A stretch of 52,958 nt of DNA from sequence record SRR20825006_1097. One strand, 5' to 3'. The notes beneath the pieces were generated by a model that was not told where the DNA came from, did no database searches, and was given only the letters and a program-made list of their open reading frames with translations. Both the position numbers and the translations under genes were made by a program. This document shows positions 18,046 through 27,294 of this stretch, piece after piece; within the stretch, counting starts at the first letter, position 1; each line of letters begins with the position of its first letter.

Positions 18046-18981
18046 CTAGGCGGCGTTGCGGATCAAAAAACCGGCCCGTTTGGCCACCACCAACTCTTTC
18101 AAACGCTCACCTGAACGCACAAGCTTGCCACCCGTCAGGCCCATATTCGCCGCAAGAGTGCCTGCAATCTTGTCGCCCAATTGCGCGGTCAAACCGAATG
18201 TGATGCCGCCATTGGTGTCAGCGGTTTGGTCAATAAACTGACCGCACACATGGTTGCCCCACACGCGCTGTAAAACGGGGTCTTCACCTGGACGATTAAT
18301 GTTCACCCGGCTTTCGCCTACCAGCACGCGCTTCACTTCCAACAGTTCAGCAAGCTGGGCTGTTGTGGCGCGGCCCTGATCGCCAGAATTGGCGTGCACC
18401 GCTTTCATGATTTTCGGGTGCTTGCGCAATGCGCGCCAAGCCATAAAGCCAAATTCGATTTGGTTGGGCTTTTGCCAACAAGTGGACATCAAATCTTCAA
18501 TAATGGTCAGCGGGTCTGAAGCAGGATCGCTGAAGAGGTCTGTGCCCGAAAGTGTTTCCACATGATCAGAATGATAATTGTTTGGATCGGTGAGCAACTT
18601 GGCCACCCGCACTTCGCGGTCCAACAACACAATATTGGTGGCACGTTCGGTGGCTTTCTTTTCCGGGTCATAGCCGCTTTTGCTGGCCGCCTCGATGGTG
18701 GCATTATCAAGCGGCACATCAATCCCGAAATCTTCGGTTGAGGCACTTTTTTCAGAACCTTCAATTTCAACCTGATTGGGAGAAGAGCGACGGCCAACGC
18801 GGGTATCAGGCAAGGTGAAGCCTTCAGCATCGTCATAGACTTGATATTTAAAGTTGGTGTTGCCAACAGGTACGCGCGGCAATGCCTGATCCGCAATCAA
18901 AGAATAATCGGGATTGCTATAAGCAATCGCGATGGAGGTGAGCGTTGGGCTTTCAACAAATTGTTCTGTTGCACTGGACAT
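18046..18981 (-). CDS. Major capsid protein
   Basis: P.LTSIAIAYSN...IADQALPRVPV; 311 aa after protease and cement genes. Confidence 0.88.
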   Translation of the reverse strand: MSSATEQFVESPTLTSIAIAYSNPDYSLIADQALPRVPVGNTNFKYQVYDDAEGFTLPDTRVGRRSSPNQVEIEGSEKSASTEDFGIDVPLDNATIEAASKSGYDPEKKATERATNIVLLDREVRVAKLLTDPNNYHSDHVETLSGTDLFSDPASDPLTIIEDLMSTCWQKPNQIEFGFMAWRALRKHPKIMKAVHANSGDQGRATTAQLAELLEVKRVLVGESRVNINRPGEDPVLQRVWGNHVCGQFIDQTADTNGGITFGLTAQLGDKIAGTLAANMGLTGGKLVRSGERLKELVVAKRAGFLIRNAA

Positions 18982-19028
18982 TTAAATGGCCTTTTCAAAA
19001 AGAGCGATAAGAAGTGGGGTAGGTGGGC

Positions 19029-19403
19029 CTAGCCCTGCAAAATGGATGGCACGAGATGCACATGGCCGATGGTGCCCAACTGTCCGGCACTCATTGCGCG
19101 ACCGGCGATTGGAACGTTTGCACCTGCGGCTGGCGTTGCTTTGATCGCGCGCCCTTCTGCATCGCTGGTGAGGGGATCACCAAAGGCAACCACGCCGCCA
19201 AAAACAACTTCACGCATATTGTCTAGGCAAACATCCACCCGCTCATCAGCGGCGGCGGCACCGCGTACAGCAGTCGTGCCCAAAATTGGGTCACCAACGC
19301 TTGCGCGTTTCACATGACCTTCAGTTGCGCCAAAGGTCACGAAACGGCGTTTGTCGATGGCACCTTCAGCGGTGTAATTCTTGATCAGCCCAAAATGCTG
19401 CAT
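19029..19403 (-). CDS. Capsid cement/decoration protein (DUF2190-like)
   Basis: GDPLTSDAEGRAI motif; small Gly/Ala-rich protein next to the capsid gene. Confidence 0.8.
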   Translation of the reverse strand: MQHFGLIKNYTAEGAIDKRRFVTFGATEGHVKRASVGDPILGTTAVRGAAAADERVDVCLDNMREVVFGGVVAFGDPLTSDAEGRAIKATPAAGANVPIAGRAMSAGQLGTIGHVHLVPSILQG

Positions 19404-19443
19404 GATGATCTCCAATTGTTATGAGTGCGATCTGGTGGCGTGC

Positions 19444-20544
19444 TTAGTCGGTAAGCCCGCGTTCTTTGCGAACGTGATCCACGGCGTCAGAGGTTGAAAC
19501 AGTGATGCCTTTTTCACTTTGCGCGAATTGATAGGCGCGGGCGGCTTGGGCAATGTCGCGCACATCATCTTTTGGCGTGTCGTCATCATCGCCGATGTCT
19601 TGTTCGCCAAACTCAACAATCTTGGGCAAACCGCTAAAAAGCTCTTTGGTCAAATCGACAAGGTTTTTGGTTTGCTCTTGGCCGGGCTCACCAAAAGAGA
19701 TTTCAGCATTGGCTTCTGCGCCAATACCATCCAGCAAGGCGACCAGCTGGTCTTTATGCCCACTTGGCAATTTGCCCTCATTGATCAAGCCATCCGCAAA
19801 AGACACATGTTCTTGATTGCGCAGTTTCGCCTCGCGGGCAGCAAGTTGCTGTTCACGCGTGGTGAGTTCTGTTTCGCGCGCGTCATTATTGTCGTTTGTG
19901 TTCGACATGGATTGATCCTCATTATGTTCAGAAAAACTTTTTGCTTCAGGCTCATTGCCTGCATCGTCGATCCAGTTGATTTGCCAATCGCTCAACACAT
20001 CATCCGCTTTTTCAACGCCATATTCGTCGATAAAGAATTCGCGGATTTTCCGAAAAAGCCGGGCAACGTCTTTAAAAGCGGGGTCGGCAAACTCAAAGGT
20101 CAAACATTCAGCATCGTCAGAAAAGCTGACCGGCTTTAAGCCCGGTACCGCCGGAGCCTTTGCCCCTAAAAAACCGATATGTTTGGGATAAAGCGCATCG
20201 CCAGCTGGGTTCGAGGAAGAGCCAGGGGCGAAAAAGCTCATTGAAATGCGTTTGAATTTCCCGCTGGTCACTTGGTCGGCAAATTGGGGCTCAAGTTCAC
20301 CAATATTGGCAACCAACCGCTCATTGTCTTGATCATAGGAAAAGCTTTGCACCCATCCAAAAGCAGGGTCATCTGTTTTGGGATGCCCAATAACAACCGG
20401 CACGGGATTGTTTTGTGGGTCATAGCGGTCAGCCAAATCAATCAAATCTTGTGAGGACGCGGTGAAGCTTTGACCGCCCATAGAGGTAAATGTGCCAGGG
20501 CGAAAAACTTCGATTGATTTGGTATCTGAATTTTTGTTCGACAC
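19444..20544 (-). CDS. Prohead protease/scaffold (Mu gpI equivalent)
   Basis: IEVFRPG, PVVIGHP, FKRISMSF, HIGFLGA..PAV.GL; GTG 20544 with GGAG upstream. Confidence 0.88.
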   Translation of the reverse strand: MSNKNSDTKSIEVFRPGTFTSMGGQSFTASSQDLIDLADRYDPQNNPVPVVIGHPKTDDPAFGWVQSFSYDQDNERLVANIGELEPQFADQVTSGKFKRISMSFFAPGSSSNPAGDALYPKHIGFLGAKAPAVPGLKPVSFSDDAECLTFEFADPAFKDVARLFRKIREFFIDEYGVEKADDVLSDWQINWIDDAGNEPEAKSFSEHNEDQSMSNTNDNNDARETELTTREQQLAAREAKLRNQEHVSFADGLINEGKLPSGHKDQLVALLDGIGAEANAEISFGEPGQEQTKNLVDLTKELFSGLPKIVEFGEQDIGDDDDTPKDDVRDIAQAARAYQFAQSEKGITVSTSDAVDHVRKERGLTD

Positions 20545-20608
20545 GCTTATGAGCTCCAACGTCAAAATGTTGGATTTCAAATTGTCGAAAAGGGGAAATA
20601 TCTGCGCC

Positions 20609-20619
20609 GGAACAGTTCC
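20609..20619. promoter_or_regulatory. Palindrome GGAACAGTTCC, putative late-activator site (Mu PI equivalent)
   Basis: 65 nt upstream of the protease start; same motif at 8438 and 29221. Confidence 0.7.
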
Positions 20620-20857
20620 AACTGATCAGGGGCGCAAGTTGGACCTATCTAGGCTGATTTTTGGGATAAAGGCAAGATTTTGAATGATGAAGGGTGACCA
20701 CACGCAAAAAAATGCGTTTAAATCAATTCTAACGCCCCTCTAACGGGGTAGATTGATATTGTTGCCGATGGTTGCCGCCAAAATTGTCTAGCAGGCCACT
20801 GTGAGGCGTTTATTTGGTTTTTGAATTGAGAGATGTTTTTGCGGATTGTTGTGATCA

Positions 20858-21670
20858 ATGATGGACGGGTTTAATTTTTGGATTGTTACGCTCAGTCCAT
20901 ATATCGGAGTGGGTCTTTTTCTTGATCTAGTTGTTGTAGCAAAACATCGTCATGCAATTTCGTGGTATGTTTTTGGCTATTCCGAAGCGGATACAACCAG
21001 ACTTGAACTCACACTCATGCGTGCATTGATTTCAATCTTTGTTAAATCAGGCTGGATCGAATTCTACAGAGTTTTAATTTATTCAATATTTTTTTCTGCG
21101 ATTTGTCTTGTACTGCTGGCAGTTAATTTCTTGGGCATCGGTCGTTTGCTGGCAGATAGAGAAATTCCATCGTTTAGCCTTGAAGATTTCTTTTCATCAC
21201 AATTCCTCATTGTATTACTGTTTATCTCAACGGTGACCGGCTTTGTCACTTCTTGGTTCGATTTTTTAAGTCTATGGCTTTCAAAATTTCTATTCGTAAA
21301 TAAATCGCCGCAATTTCCAAAGTCGCTTATGTTCCTTTTGATTGACGTACTTTGCAGTGTGGGCGTTGGCGCACTGCTGGTGTGGATAGTGACGAACCCT
21401 TCAGAGGGGGTGCGGTCTGTCCTTGAATTCATTTCCATGAAGCCTCAACTCGCAGTCTATTTGGCATATATAGCGACATTGTCTGCTCTGTTTTTTAGCA
21501 TCATTCAGTTGGTAATATTTGTAGTCGGGGCAATTTGTCGGATTTTGATCGGCATAACCAAACTAAACCAAGTTGTTTCTATTCACTCGCATGTTCATGA
21601 TTTTCCATTCACATATTTACTTCTAGTGCTGGGTGTTTTTTATGCTGTTAGCAAGCTTATCATCAGCTAG
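20858..21670 (+). CDS. Moron: polytopic membrane protein
   Basis: 270 aa with about 6-7 hydrophobic segments, AT-rich, opposite to the head genes. Confidence 0.8.
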   Translation: MMDGFNFWIVTLSPYIGVGLFLDLVVVAKHRHAISWYVFGYSEADTTRLELTLMRALISIFVKSGWIEFYRVLIYSIFFSAICLVLLAVNFLGIGRLLADREIPSFSLEDFFSSQFLIVLLFISTVTGFVTSWFDFLSLWLSKFLFVNKSPQFPKSLMFLLIDVLCSVGVGALLVWIVTNPSEGVRSVLEFISMKPQLAVYLAYIATLSALFFSIIQLVIFVVGAICRILIGITKLNQVVSIHSHVHDFPFTYLLLVLGVFYAVSKLIIS

Positions 21671-22178
21671 AGCGAAAGAAATTAACTAGTGTCATTTCGA
21701 TAATGGTTTCATCCTCCCGCCCCACTCCAATATAAGGCCGCGCCGGAATTGAAACCGATTTTACAAAGAACGGCCGGTTGGCAGATTTAGGACGTGGTAT
21801 GGCCAACGCTTTCGCACGAACAGGCTTGATGGTTGCTCCATATTGATGCACCAAAACCTTTGGATGGTTGAGATTAGTGCCTACCTCAGCTTTTTGGCTA
21901 TCGGCTTTAAAGTGGATCGAGCGGAACAACTCACCAGATTTGCGCAAAATGCCGGTCGGTGAACGGCCAAGGCTTAAGGTGAGGGCAGATAAGGGGGCCC
22001 ACTTCTCACCATCAGGCGATATTTGATCCAAAAAACGTTGGCTGGTTCGGTTGAATAGCGTCTGTCCAATAATGGTGTGAATAGCACGCCGATCTATAAG
22101 GCGTGATTGAATAGCTTCAAGTTCGAGGCTGAGCTGATCTACATCATATTTGACGTTTAGGGTCGGCAATATCGGCAT
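21663..22178 (-). CDS. Virion morphogenesis protein (Mu gpG)
   Basis: RFLDQISPDGEKWAPLS, ILRKSGELFRSI, VGTN, HQYGA, IPARPYIG; ATG at 22178. Confidence 0.9.
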   Translation of the reverse strand: MPILPTLNVKYDVDQLSLELEAIQSRLIDRRAIHTIIGQTLFNRTSQRFLDQISPDGEKWAPLSALTLSLGRSPTGILRKSGELFRSIHFKADSQKAEVGTNLNHPKVLVHQYGATIKPVRAKALAIPRPKSANRPFFVKSVSIPARPYIGVGREDETIIEMTLVNFFRSS

Positions 22179-22207
22179 TTGTATTCGTCCTTTGAAAGCG
22201 CTATATT
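22179..22207 (+). promoter_or_regulatory. Sigma70-type promoter pointing antisense toward the gpF 3' end
   Basis: TTGTAT (22179-84) - 17 bp - TATATT (22202-07). Confidence 0.6.
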
Positions 22208-22210
22208 GTG

Positions 22211-22326
22211 GGCGTGATGCCAGCTTGCTTGATGTATGGTGCTGCGGCGTTGGCGGCCCCACTAAAGATCAAGCCCGGTGGTTGTGGACACGCCTTAAGC
22301 AACCCATCACTCTTTCTCTTCTCGTT
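22211..22326 (+). ncRNA. Putative structured small RNA between gpF-PBECR2 and gpG
   Basis: Own promoter; nested stems GGCGTG/CACGCC, GCTTGAT/ATCAAGC, TGGTGCTGC/GCGGCCCCA; pyrimidine tract from 22311. Confidence 0.5.
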
Positions 22327-23590
22327 TATAAAGCAGAGCACCTTTGCGATATTTGGTGAGATAGCCAAAGTCTGGACGTTTGCCATTCTTGCGCTTGGGA
22401 TCAAATATGGTTTGCTGATGCCAACCTGCACTCGTCCAGGAAAACGAAGCAAATCCAGCTGCCGCTTCAAAATACCTCAAGTAGCGCCGCACCAAATAGG
22501 TTTGTTTTTTGGGGTTGGTGGCAAAATCGATCCATATTTCATCGGGATCAATCAAGGTGTCGGCCAAAAATTCAATGGCTTGCTCGCGACCCGATTTCTT
22601 GATTTTCAATTCGCCCGTATGCGCCCGAAACAATTCATCACTTACCGGGATCACATGACCTGCCTTGTCTCGAAACAGCCTTGGCACATTGATCGCCGCG
22701 CCAAATCTCGACAAAAACTTGGTTAGATAGTTGGCCTCATCATCACCTGACTGAAGCAATCTGGCTGTGCTTGGTGCGGTAGCTGGTGCCGGAAGCTGGC
22801 TTATGTGTTGAGTGATATTTGATGGTTTTAAGGGAACGCGCAATTCTTTTGGGATGATGCCATCGGCCCAGGTGCGCCCCGGCGCATAAGCCCAGCCCAT
22901 ATCGATGCCGACCGGATAATCCGTCCAATCATCTGTGGCCGGATCGCGTTGTTTCTCAAACCTAATTTTTGGCGCGTTGTCTGGCTCAGTTTTGCCCATT
23001 GCCTTTAAATCGAATTCTGAAACAGGCATCACGCCACACCCACATTTCCAGCCATTGGGTGGATAATAAGTGAGCCACCACTCCTCATCAGCGCGTAAAA
23101 CCATCCCATCCCAATGTAAATGCTGTTCGCGCCGATTGGCTGGAATGCGTTCAAGGCCATGAACATATTTCCAATAGGGAAATGCGGCTTTAACGGCGGG
23201 GTCTGTCATTTGCTTATACCGGCCAGCGGCGTAAACTGATTTCAGGTTTGTTTCATAAATGGTGCGGGCGCGCCAATCGCGGCCACCATTATAATCCCAT
23301 CCATGGCGCGCAACAATTTCATCAAAATGGTCAAGAAAGCCCATTTGATATTGCCCGTCTTTATCGGTCCACCCTTTAAAGGGCATGTTGTCGATTGATT
23401 TTTCAATGGCTGAATGAAAATCAGCCAACAAGGCATCGCGCTTGGCACCGGCCACCACAAATGCGCGATCATGGGCATGATGAAGGAGATCACTCCATTT
23501 GTTGGTGGGCAGATTGATTTTTTGGCGATGGAAATCCAACGCTTCAGAAAAAGGACCGAACCCGTCAGCAAAGGCAGTCTGGATTTTTAG
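22307..23590 (-). CDS. Mu gpF minor head protein with C-terminal PBECR2-like nuclease domain; no good start codon, probably reached by frameshift from the portal
   Basis: PFSEALDFHRQK, HDRAFVVAGA, YPPNGWKCGC (MuF); LADTLIDPDEIW..RRY..RKGALLYKR (PBECR2-like). First conventional start (TTG 23539) falls inside the N-terminal motif. Confidence 0.85.
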   Translation of the reverse strand, partial: LKIQTAFADGFGPFSEALDFHRQKINLPTNKWSDLLHHAHDRAFVVAGAKRDALLADFHSAIEKSIDNMPFKGWTDKDGQYQMGFLDHFDEIVARHGWDYNGGRDWRARTIYETNLKSVYAAGRYKQMTDPAVKAAFPYWKYVHGLERIPANRREQHLHWDGMVLRADEEWWLTYYPPNGWKCGCGVMPVSEFDLKAMGKTEPDNAPKIRFEKQRDPATDDWTDYPVGIDMGWAYAPGRTWADGIIPKELRVPLKPSNITQHISQLPAPATAPSTARLLQSGDDEANYLTKFLSRFGAAINVPRLFRDKAGHVIPVSDELFRAHTGELKIKKSGREQAIEFLADTLIDPDEIWIDFATNPKKQTYLVRRYLRYFEAAAGFASFSWTSAGWHQQTIFDPKRKNGKRPDFGYLTKYRKGALLYKREEKE

Positions 23591-25173
23591 TTTTTTTTTG
23601 AGCCACTGATGCCGGTGAGATCATAAATGTCACCGCGACCAGCTAGATCGCTCAGCGCAATCGCGTCTGCCAGATTGTTGCCCAAAGCATCAATCTTAAG
23701 GTCAGCTTGCGCCGCCAATAAGGCCTTTGAAGCTTCAGCAAATGAGTTGGTGTTATGCAGTCTGGATTTAAGGGTAGAAAGCCATTGCTCTACTTCAGGC
23801 GCATTTAGGTCGCTGAGCTGGGCAACAATATGCGCAATTGGATCATCATCACTGGCAAAGGCTGGTGTGTCCGTCGCAATCTTTTTGGATTGTGCCGGGA
23901 TCATCTCCACACCCAAAAGATCACCAAGCCAATCACTCACATTTTTCGGTTCAAAACCTTGGCCGCGCAAATCGCCAAGCGTTTTGATCGCGGCTTGATG
24001 GCTTTCTTGTCTTTTCTTTTTTTGCTCTTCTTCTTTGTCTTGGTTGAGGGGGCGAGGACGCACCAAAGTTGGTGGTGTCGCGTTTGGCCAATTGGCCTCG
24101 CAAATCCATTTGATCAACGTATCGTTTAGGGTTGCGCAAAGTTGGTCGGCATCATCGTCCACTAGGCTTTCTGTTTCTTCAGCATGGGTTTCTGAAGCAG
24201 CGCGTGCGCCTTGGCCCTTCACACTTGTAGAAAGCGTGCTGCCCAAAACAACTTCGGCTGTTTGCTCGTCCCAATAGCGGCACCATTCTTCATGGCCCGC
24301 ATTGCCCGCGCGTTGCGCTTCAATGAAATCAACTTCAGTGCCAATGGGCGCAACCAGGGCACCATTTTGCACTAGACGCCGCAACAGCCCCAATAAGCGA
24401 TCCTGTTCATCATTGGATGTGCCAGCTGGATAACGGCCGAATGGTGTGGGCGATGCAAACTTTTCCAAATGCACCAACCAAAAACTTGCGCCCTGGCGTT
24501 TAAACAAAACGTGCCAATACAGCACTGAACCTAAGCCTAGACCATATGGATTGTTGCCTTCAGCTTCAAAGCGATGGACGATGAATTTGCGTTCAGGCAA
24601 TTCAATGCCCTTAATGCCGCTTTCGCGCGTCAAAAGGCGTGGCTTCCAATCCCGGTCAAATTTGAAGCGTGCCGGGTCATGTGATTTGATGAAGTGTGGG
24701 GCGATCCAACCGCTCTTATTGCGATGCCAAACAATCTCAGAAACCGCATAACCCTTCAAAATAGCTTTGAGCAGTGACTTGCAGATTTGATCGAAGGGCA
24801 GCTCATTTAAAATGTCATTGATATGATCAGCCACATCAATATCTATCTGCTCTTCACTTGCTGGAAGTAAATCCCATTCGCGCTTGGTGAGTTTGCCAAT
24901 TCGTTTGTTAAAGGCGGCGCGTGCGCGGCCATCCTGTAAAATCTCATCATAGAGCTTTAGGCCAAGGTGACGCGCTTTGGACTTAAGGGTTGGGTCTTGT
25001 GGCTCCAAAACGTCGGAATAAAAAGGAACGGTCACATCATTTTTCGCCGTTGCAAACAGTTCGCCGCCCTTGCGCGGCAAATAGGTGCGTGGGCGGTTGG
25101 CTTTGGTATTGCTGGCAAAGTCGATATGTTGTGTTTGAGCTTTTTTGGTGCGGCGTCTTGATTTACGGCTCAT
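23587..25173 (-). CDS. Portal protein (DUF935, Mu gp29)
   Basis: KGYAVSEIVW, NPYGLGL, EKFASP, VLGSTLST, C-terminal LAGRGD. Confidence 0.93.
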   Translation of the reverse strand: MSRKSRRRTKKAQTQHIDFASNTKANRPRTYLPRKGGELFATAKNDVTVPFYSDVLEPQDPTLKSKARHLGLKLYDEILQDGRARAAFNKRIGKLTKREWDLLPASEEQIDIDVADHINDILNELPFDQICKSLLKAILKGYAVSEIVWHRNKSGWIAPHFIKSHDPARFKFDRDWKPRLLTRESGIKGIELPERKFIVHRFEAEGNNPYGLGLGSVLYWHVLFKRQGASFWLVHLEKFASPTPFGRYPAGTSNDEQDRLLGLLRRLVQNGALVAPIGTEVDFIEAQRAGNAGHEEWCRYWDEQTAEVVLGSTLSTSVKGQGARAASETHAEETESLVDDDADQLCATLNDTLIKWICEANWPNATPPTLVRPRPLNQDKEEEQKKKRQESHQAAIKTLGDLRGQGFEPKNVSDWLGDLLGVEMIPAQSKKIATDTPAFASDDDPIAHIVAQLSDLNAPEVEQWLSTLKSRLHNTNSFAEASKALLAAQADLKIDALGNNLADAIALSDLAGRGDIYDLTGISGSKKN

Positions 25174-26797
25174 TGCCTGATGTCCCGAATAAATTATGGC
25201 TCAAGCCAGAAACAGATTTGATGGTATTTTCATTGATGGTGGTGCCCGCATAATGAAGCGTCTGGCTCCAAAGCATTTCCAAACAGTCTGGCCCATCATC
25301 ATGATCGGCGTTAGGGAACTGTTCCAACTGATCCAACAGGACACGTTGCGAGGTGTGAAACCGGATTTGCCCACATGCAGTAGGTGGCTGAAGCCGCTCG
25401 ATGCGCAACAATTTGTCGGCAATTGGCACAACAGGAATGCAAGGCATGGCCAAATGCGCTTTTGCTGCTTCTTTCATCAGAGTTGTGCGCAAAAATTCTT
25501 GAAACTGTACCGCTTCAACAAACCATAGTTGGCAATTGTAAAGCCGCTGCATGGCAATGGCGTCAGCAATAATCACATCGGGCAAGCGGCGGCGAATAGA
25601 CGCTTCAACAACATCTAATATGTCGTCGTCGCGGTCATAGCCGCCAATCAAAATGGCGGATGGATCACGATTTTTATTGTTCTTGCCAAGGGAAGGATCA
25701 ATTGCGCCAAAGTACAGCCAATTGCGCTTTTTCATCACCCAATAATGTTTGGTTTGGAATTTATTGTCATCAGAGACGGGCTTGTTTTGATATTCGCTTT
25801 CAAAGGCATTGTGATCGCCCGCGCGCTCTTTCATCAAAAACAAAAGGGTGTGATTGGCGGGCCAATTGAGCGCTGCGCCTTGATCCATTGCGGATCTGTT
25901 GCGCTGATAAAACACATCCGCTTCAGGCTCACCTTCATTAAGATAAATCTCTTCCCATTGATCCCAAAGGTCCATGCGGTCCGGCCAATTGATCAGGGCG
26001 CGGAACTCAACAGTTTTCCATTTAGGCTTTTTGGAAAAGCGCACGATCACCGCATCAAAGTGCAAAACGGTACCGGCATATAAAACGTCCATAGACCCAT
26101 CAGGTGGGCCAAGCTTTAAAACGGCTTTTGCGATCCAGTTTTCCAACTTCTGTCGCTGCTTCGGGCTGGCGACATTTTCATCATTCTCAATGTCATCCAA
26201 AATGATCAGGTCAGGGCGATAGGGGCCATGCCGCCGACCACGGATTTTCTTGCCCGTACCAAATCCTTCAACCCGCACATTGTTTTTGGTGACAATATCC
26301 CCTTCACGCCAAAGCCGCCCTTGGCCTGCAATGTCGGGAAAGTCATATCGAAGCCGGGGATTGGCTTCCAGCTCTGCTTTAAGAGCTTCAAGCATGATGG
26401 AGGCTTGTTCAAAGGCATCCATGATGAGGCAAATATAATGCTTTAATCCGCACACAATGCACCAAAGCGGAAAGATCAAACTGAGGTGAGTGGATTTGGC
26501 CGAACTGCGCGGCGCGATCACCAACCGGTATTGCCCATTCTTGTCCTGCACAATTTGCGGCAAATTCTGATAAAGATGGTTGTGCAGTTCGCTTGGGTCC
26601 ATGGTGAGGTAATGCGGGAAATATGTTTCCGCAAAAAAGCGATAGCCCGTTGCCTGGTCTTTAACATTTTGAAGGCGTTCTTTGCGCAAATTCGGGTCAG
26701 CGGGAAAGGCGTCCACTTCCAACTCAATTTGCTGGCGAAACATGGCCGCCAGTTCATCAATTGATTTTTTAAACTCGCTGGGTTTGAGCGGCTTCAT
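25163..26797 (-). CDS. terL: Terminase large subunit
   Basis: APRSSAKST (Walker A), IILDDIE (Walker B), AIDPSLG, HDDGPD nuclease motifs. Confidence 0.95.
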   Translation of the reverse strand: MKPLKPSEFKKSIDELAAMFRQQIELEVDAFPADPNLRKERLQNVKDQATGYRFFAETYFPHYLTMDPSELHNHLYQNLPQIVQDKNGQYRLVIAPRSSAKSTHLSLIFPLWCIVCGLKHYICLIMDAFEQASIMLEALKAELEANPRLRYDFPDIAGQGRLWREGDIVTKNNVRVEGFGTGKKIRGRRHGPYRPDLIILDDIENDENVASPKQRQKLENWIAKAVLKLGPPDGSMDVLYAGTVLHFDAVIVRFSKKPKWKTVEFRALINWPDRMDLWDQWEEIYLNEGEPEADVFYQRNRSAMDQGAALNWPANHTLLFLMKERAGDHNAFESEYQNKPVSDDNKFQTKHYWVMKKRNWLYFGAIDPSLGKNNKNRDPSAILIGGYDRDDDILDVVEASIRRRLPDVIIADAIAMQRLYNCQLWFVEAVQFQEFLRTTLMKEAAKAHLAMPCIPVVPIADKLLRIERLQPPTACGQIRFHTSQRVLLDQLEQFPNADHDDGPDCLEMLWSQTLHYAGTTINENTIKSVSGLSHNLFGTSGNEP

Positions 26798-27294
26798 CCA
26801 TAAACCTCAGCAATATGGCTGCCGAACGGCTCCAACACTTCCAAAAAAGCATCGCCATGTTGGGGATAGTGGGTTTTGACAAAATCAGCCATCCGGCGCA
26901 ACACATCGCTTGCCACACTAAGCTCGGATATTTTAGGGGCAATGCGTCCCGCACTGGCCATGGTTTTATTGAAGCTATCGCCAAGACTGGTCATGATCTT
27001 GGCGCGGTCAGCCGGTGGGATGGTGTCGTCGGCTTCAAGGCTATTGATGGTCGCTTGGAACTGAATAACAAAGCGCTCAATCAAATCCAGTGCCGCACTT
27101 TCAAACCCTTCGCCGCTAACCATATTGGCGGCGCGTGCCCGATCCCAATCATCCCCATCTGCTTTTGCGGCGGCCTTCCAACGGCGCAACGTGACTTCAG
27201 GCACATTAAGCGTTTTGCTAATGGTGGGAATGGCAAAGCGATCAAACACATAATTGCGTCGAGCGCGCCTTTTGATTTCTGCGCTATAGCTCAT
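26794..27294 (-). CDS. DUF1804 family HTH protein (putative terminase small subunit)
   Basis: TLRRWK....GDDWDRAR; directly upstream of terL. Confidence 0.82.
   Translation of the reverse strand: MSYSAEIKRRARRNYVFDRFAIPTISKTLNVPEVTLRRWKAAAKADGDDWDRARAANMVSGEGFESAALDLIERFVIQFQATINSLEADDTIPPADRAKIMTSLGDSFNKTMASAGRIAPKISELSVASDVLRRMADFVKTHYPQHGDAFLEVLEPFGSHIAEVYG

Noticed and set aside
20718-20733. Near-CtrA box TTAA-N7-CTAAC
   Set aside because: One mismatch, inside an AT-tract region better explained as the central gyrase-site-like DNA.
22208-22726. Plus-strand 172-aa ORF as protein immunity gene for PBECR2
   Set aside because: Mostly antisense to conserved gpF coding sequence; its GTG abuts the -10 box and has no RBS; no protein-like features. 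A near-leaderless start at ATG 22217 cannot be fully excluded.
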